Below are positions 51,701-54,351 of a DNA stretch of 54,351 nt, one piece after another. Origin of the DNA: Pirellulales bacterium (GTDB lineage: Bacteria > Planctomycetota > Planctomycetia > Pirellulales > UBA1268); contig JBILKZ010000006.1 in NCBI GenBank assembly GCA_044376405.1, positions 1 through 54,351 on the forward strand. Direction: 5' to 3'. Every line of letters begins with the position of its first letter. Positions within the stretch are counted from its first letter, which is position 1. A model generated the notes under the pieces. It was not told where the DNA came from and ran no database searches. It saw only the letters and a list, made by a program, of their open reading frames with translations. A program made the translations under genes and the position numbers.

Positions 51701-52353
51701 ACGTAGTGGCAGTCGCAGGTTGCCACGGGGGGAATGCCAAGTTCGCGGGAGAGCTCCAGGGCCACGTCAGTCACCTGCCGCTGGACATCCAGGCCGTTAT
51801 CCTGGATCTCGATGAAATACCGGTCGCCGAACCGCTTTTGAAACCAGCCGGCAACGTCGCGGGCCTGGGCGAGCGACTCTCGCTGTTCGCGGGAGCTTCC
51901 GATGAGCGCCCGGTTGAACTCGCTCGACAGGCAGCCGGAGAGGACGATGATCCCCTCGCCGTACTGTTCCAGCAGGTCACGGTCGATCCGCGGCTTGAAA
52001 TAGAAGCCCTCGAGATAGGCCTTGGTGGCCAACTGGAGCAGGTTGTTGAAACCCGTCCGGTCGCGGGCCAGGAGCGTGAGGTGGTAGCTGGCTTCCTTCT
52101 GGTTGCCGGCATCCTTCTGAAATCGGCTGCCCGGGGCGATGTAGGCCTCGTAGCCGATGATCGGGTTGAGCTTGGCGGCCTTGGCGGTCTGATAGAATTC
52201 CAGAGCACCGTGGAGATTGCCGTGGTCGGTGATCGCCAGGGAGTTCATCCCGAGTTCGACGGCACGGTCCACGAGCCGGTCGATCGTGCTGGCCCCGTCG
52301 AGCAGGCTGTAGTGGCTGTGGCAGTGGAGATGGACGAAAGACTGCGTGCTCAT
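48718..52353 (-). CDS. dnaE: DNA polymerase III alpha subunit
   Basis: FVHLHCHSHYSLLDG, RGSG, PDIDIDF, KMDFLGL, YGFNKSHS; no intein evident. Confidence 0.97.
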   Translation of the reverse strand: MSTQSFVHLHCHSHYSLLDGASTIDRLVDRAVELGMNSLAITDHGNLHGALEFYQTAKAAKLNPIIGYEAYIAPGSRFQKDAGNQKEASYHLTLLARDRTGFNNLLQLATKAYLEGFYFKPRIDRDLLEQYGEGIIVLSGCLSSEFNRALIGSSREQRESLAQARDVAGWFQKRFGDRYFIEIQDNGLDVQRQVTDVALELSRELGIPPVATCDCHYVNREDAEAQDILLCVNTGRFRSDASRMRMDSSEFYLKSPTEMHAAFTDLDRDFVAAAVNRSQEIANSVSIELDLGKRHFPGFEVPGGLSAADELRRLCLEGLRERYRNVPKRWAEETADGGERVLHPQVMDRLERELGVINTLGFASYFLIVWDFVRYAREVDIPAAARGSGVGALVAYSLYLSHVCPLEYDLLFERFLDINRREAPDIDIDFCKERRGEVIDYVKRKYGEANVAQIGTFGTLAARAAIRDVGRALGLAIPRVDQIVALVPDQLNISLEEAAAPGTQLAAACEGDAEVRELVDLAQRIEGLARNVGTHAAAVVIADRPLVEYVPLQRVTGKEEVITQWAMGDVERAGLMKMDFLGLRYLTVVSKTLEIIAATRESRPDPLAFPLDDQPTFDTLCRGETKGIFQLESGGIRDLLQRMKPDHFLDIVAVNALYRPGPLEGGMVDDYVAVKHRRKRAEYLHPVMKDVLEETHGVMVYQEQVMRILERLGGIELSSAYTCIKAISKKKLETIAAFREQFVDGAKAKGLSKTEAEELFGLIEKFAGYGFNKSHSTAYALLAWQTAYLKTHFPVEFMAALLSGDITGRNFKKKDALVEHIEDCRRMAIDVLPPDVNASGADFTVADGKILFGLAAIKGCGGQASEAINAELKRNGRFRDLYDFCSRVDPSLVNKTAVDSLAKAGALDSLGGHRGAIMAGIERALAAGASRLADRKSGQKNLFDALDDAPQAAAAPPPSALPDVPVLTDLEMRSAEKEVLGYYVHSHPLGEYKDILSAVCTHGTGDLGEAKPKSDVVIGGLVGALKLSNVKQPRPGSTHTRYGMFDLEDMDGLVRTICWPEDYARLGEFLQPDAVVVVSGSIDRRAGSEETNLIVNDLVPIAELWGKPARSVTLKLIETQHGTETLDQLAAIVRRHPGQVPLRLVLELADGRRVLMEADRDKVAWTQALHREIVDLLGPDCLRAPITLAGKKRDAETSRRGPPGRSPAGVG

Positions 52354-52423
52354 CCGTGTGCTCGCTCCAATGTGCATCGCTCGAGGGGATGAAGCATTGT
52401 ACCGGATTGGATTGGCGTGCACC

Positions 52424-52541
52424 GCCGGGACGGCAGAAGTCTCGTCGCAGTGGATTTTTCTCCTTCCACGACCTACGGCAGCACCTTCCCCAGAAGGTCG
52501 AAAAATCCAAAAGCTCCTCGAGCTTCAGCCGATCCCGGCTC
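52424..52541. repeat. dispersed long-hairpin intergenic element, copy B
   Basis: About 96% identical to 19271-19388. Confidence 0.9.
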
Positions 52542-52599
52542 CTCGCTTGACGCGGTTGGCTTTTGCCTAAAGCCTAAAGTCTGCGGCTCAACGGCCGCG

Positions 52600-53268
52600 T
52601 CAGGAAGGCTCGGAGATGCTTCTGAGCAGTTCGGCGAGCCGGGCCTGGAGTTCGAGCATCACCTGCCAGTGGGCGAAGTCGAGTTCGACCGTTTCGTTTC
52701 CCGGCCGCATCACGGCCCCTTCCGTAGCCTCGCGGAGCACGCCCTGCACGTAGTCGAGCAGTTCCGACAGTTCGGCCGTTTGGGCGGGACCCAATCGCTC
52801 GGGCAACGGCGGTGGCCCACCGGGCAGCAGTGGCGACCGCACATGGCCGACGTCCTCGATCACGTCTGAATGGTGCGACGCGATTTTCTCCATGCGTTCC
52901 CGCATCTGTTTGGCCTGGCTCGCCTGGGCCGAGGGCAGCTTGGCAGCGATCTCGGAGATGCGGCGATCGATGTCGCTGTGCGAGCCGACGAGGAGCAGTG
53001 ATCGGCCCACCGAGATCATGTCGCCATCGCGCACGATCCGCACCTGGATGTCCTCGCCGTTGACCTTGGTGCCGTTGGTGCTCTCCAGGTCGGTGAGAAC
53101 GATCTTGTCCTTGTCGTCCTGCAGTTTCAGGTGGTAGCGACTGATCCGTTCGTCGTTGAGCTGGATCGTGTTCCCCTCTTCGCGGCCGATGGTTACGGGC
53201 GTGGGAATCTGGCTGAAAACCCGGCCGCGATCGGCGCCGTGCAGGACGCGGAGGGTGATGTGTGCCAT
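52600..53268 (-). CDS. FHA-domain protein
   Basis: VTIGR, ISRYH, DLESTNGT, GDMISVG. Confidence 0.9.
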   Translation of the reverse strand: MAHITLRVLHGADRGRVFSQIPTPVTIGREEGNTIQLNDERISRYHLKLQDDKDKIVLTDLESTNGTKVNGEDIQVRIVRDGDMISVGRSLLLVGSHSDIDRRISEIAAKLPSAQASQAKQMRERMEKIASHHSDVIEDVGHVRSPLLPGGPPPLPERLGPAQTAELSELLDYVQGVLREATEGAVMRPGNETVELDFAHWQVMLELQARLAELLRSISEPS

Positions 53269-53432
53269 GGGGGGGAATCCGTCGCGGGACCTTGGAGCCA
53301 CTCTCGCATAAGTTTGCCACACAAACCGGGGTAAAGCCCGATCGTGGCGTGGCGGCCGGAATCCAGCGGAAAAACCGACTCACGCCCCACAGAAACGGGG
53401 GGTGCTGTCTGGCGGCTTGGTGCCGGTTGGGC

Positions 53433-53441
53433 TGCTATACT
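53433..53441 (+). promoter_or_regulatory. extended -10 promoter of tRNA-Arg
   Basis: TGCTATACT (TGn-TATACT) 10 nt before the tRNA. Confidence 0.5.
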
Positions 53442-53451
53442 CCCAGGCCAC

Positions 53452-53499
<48 letters not shown>

Positions 53500-53525
<26 letters not shown>

Positions 53526-53720
53526 CTTGGAGTTGGCTGTCTAGTGGCGGAGCGAGGCCCGAAGGGATCGCGACGCCGGAAAGCAGCCTGCAGGTTCAAG
53601 TCCTGCCGGGCGTACTTGGAGTTGGCGTTCTAGTGGCGGAGCGAGGCCCGAAGGGATCGCGACGCCGGAAAGCCGCCTGCAGGTTCAAGTCCTGCCGGGC
53701 GTACTTGGAGTTGGCTGTCT
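53500..53720 (+). repeat. tRNA-linked tandem repeat, 89-bp unit, about 2.5 copies
   Basis: Units start at 53500, 53589 and 53678; each begins with the tRNA T-arm and 3' acceptor strand. Confidence 0.95.
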
Positions 53721-53788
53721 CGAGGCGGTGAGTTGCCACCGTATGTGTGGGGCATATCCCCGTCATGGAAACCAATAGGGCCCCTACC

Positions 53789-54351
53789 ATGAAGCCATTC
53801 GTCTTCTGCCAGATCGCCCTGCTCGTGGGCCTCGCCTCTCCGGCCATGGCCGAGCAGAACGTGCCCCCTCCGGGCTTCACGGCTCTCTTCAACGGCCGGG
53901 ACCTCTCCGGCTGGTATGGCTGGGGCACGCAGGATCCCACCGATCTCTGGAAGATGACGCCGGAGCAGCGGACCGACTACAAGCGGAAGTCGATCGAGGG
54001 TGGACTCATCGATGGCAAGGGAGTCGACAAGGGGGAGCAACTCAAGGCGCACTGGCGGGTCGAGGACGGCGAACTCGTCAACGATGGCAAGGGACTCTAC
54101 CTCACTACCGACAAGGACTACGGCGATTTCGAGCTGTCGGTCGACTACAAGATGCTGCCCCTGGGCGACAGCGGCATCTACCTGCGCGGCATCCCACAGG
54201 TGCAGATCTGGGACTACACAGAGGAGAAGAAGTTTCCCCTCGGTGCCGACAAGGGCTCAGGTGGCCTGTGGAACAACAAGAGCGAGGAGGGCAAATTCCC
54301 GCTCAAGCGGATGGACAGGCCGTTCGGCGAATGGAACACCTTCCACATCCG
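53789..54351 (+). CDS. DUF1080 (3-keto-disaccharide hydrolase-like) secreted protein, 3' end outside window (absent from ORF track)
   Basis: Manual translation: signal peptide, GFTALFNGRDLSGW, WRVEDG, YGDFEL, GDSGIYLRG, GEWNTF. Confidence 0.88.
   Translation, partial: MKPFVFCQIALLVGLASPAMAEQNVPPPGFTALFNGRDLSGWYGWGTQDPTDLWKMTPEQRTDYKRKSIEGGLIDGKGVDKGEQLKAHWRVEDGELVNDGKGLYLTTDKDYGDFELSVDYKMLPLGDSGIYLRGIPQVQIWDYTEEKKFPLGADKGSGGLWNNKSEEGKFPLKRMDRPFGEWNTFHI

Noticed and set aside
48718-52353. Intein or split dnaE
   Set aside because: Normal length (~1211 aa), continuous motifs and no splice-junction signatures.
49894-52392. 832-aa plus-strand ORF (and similar long antisense ORFs across the window)
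   Set aside because: Antisense shadow of dnaE caused by high-GC codon bias; no recognisable motifs.

Overview
High-GC bacterial chromosome segment, most likely from a planctomycete (inferred from an LEPR-XLL-type export motif and DUF1598- and DUF1080-like proteins). It opens with a truncated GT2 glycosyltransferase divergent from a seven-gene CDP-sugar cluster (rfbF, rfbG, rfbC-like, C-methyltransferase, reductase, second methyltransferase, CmcI-like). A housekeeping run follows (purA, uppS, cdsA, phoH, 7TM-HD phosphodiesterase, ybeY, CBS/CorC, recO, BamD-like, lptE, folP, proA). An accessory-looking block at ~26-40.7 kb holds a collagen-like protein with phage-tail-fibre-like ends, a KAS III-like gene plus an internally deleted relic of a homologue, a leucine-rich repeat protein, an orphan GroES, a RidA/dipeptidase/DSD1 trio, a secreted cyclophilin and a BLUF protein. 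The rest contains tRNA-Lys, tRNA-Leu, glmS, kdsB, USP, epmB/efp, a DUF1598-like gene, dnaE, an FHA protein and tRNA-Arg. Notable non-coding structure: an 89-bp tandem repeat built from the 3' part of tRNA-Arg, a 118-bp hairpin element present twice 33 kb apart, and a GGCATCCTGCC palindrome cluster after efp. No CRISPR, integrase or transposase was seen. All family calls come from motif recognition by eye, not from database searches.
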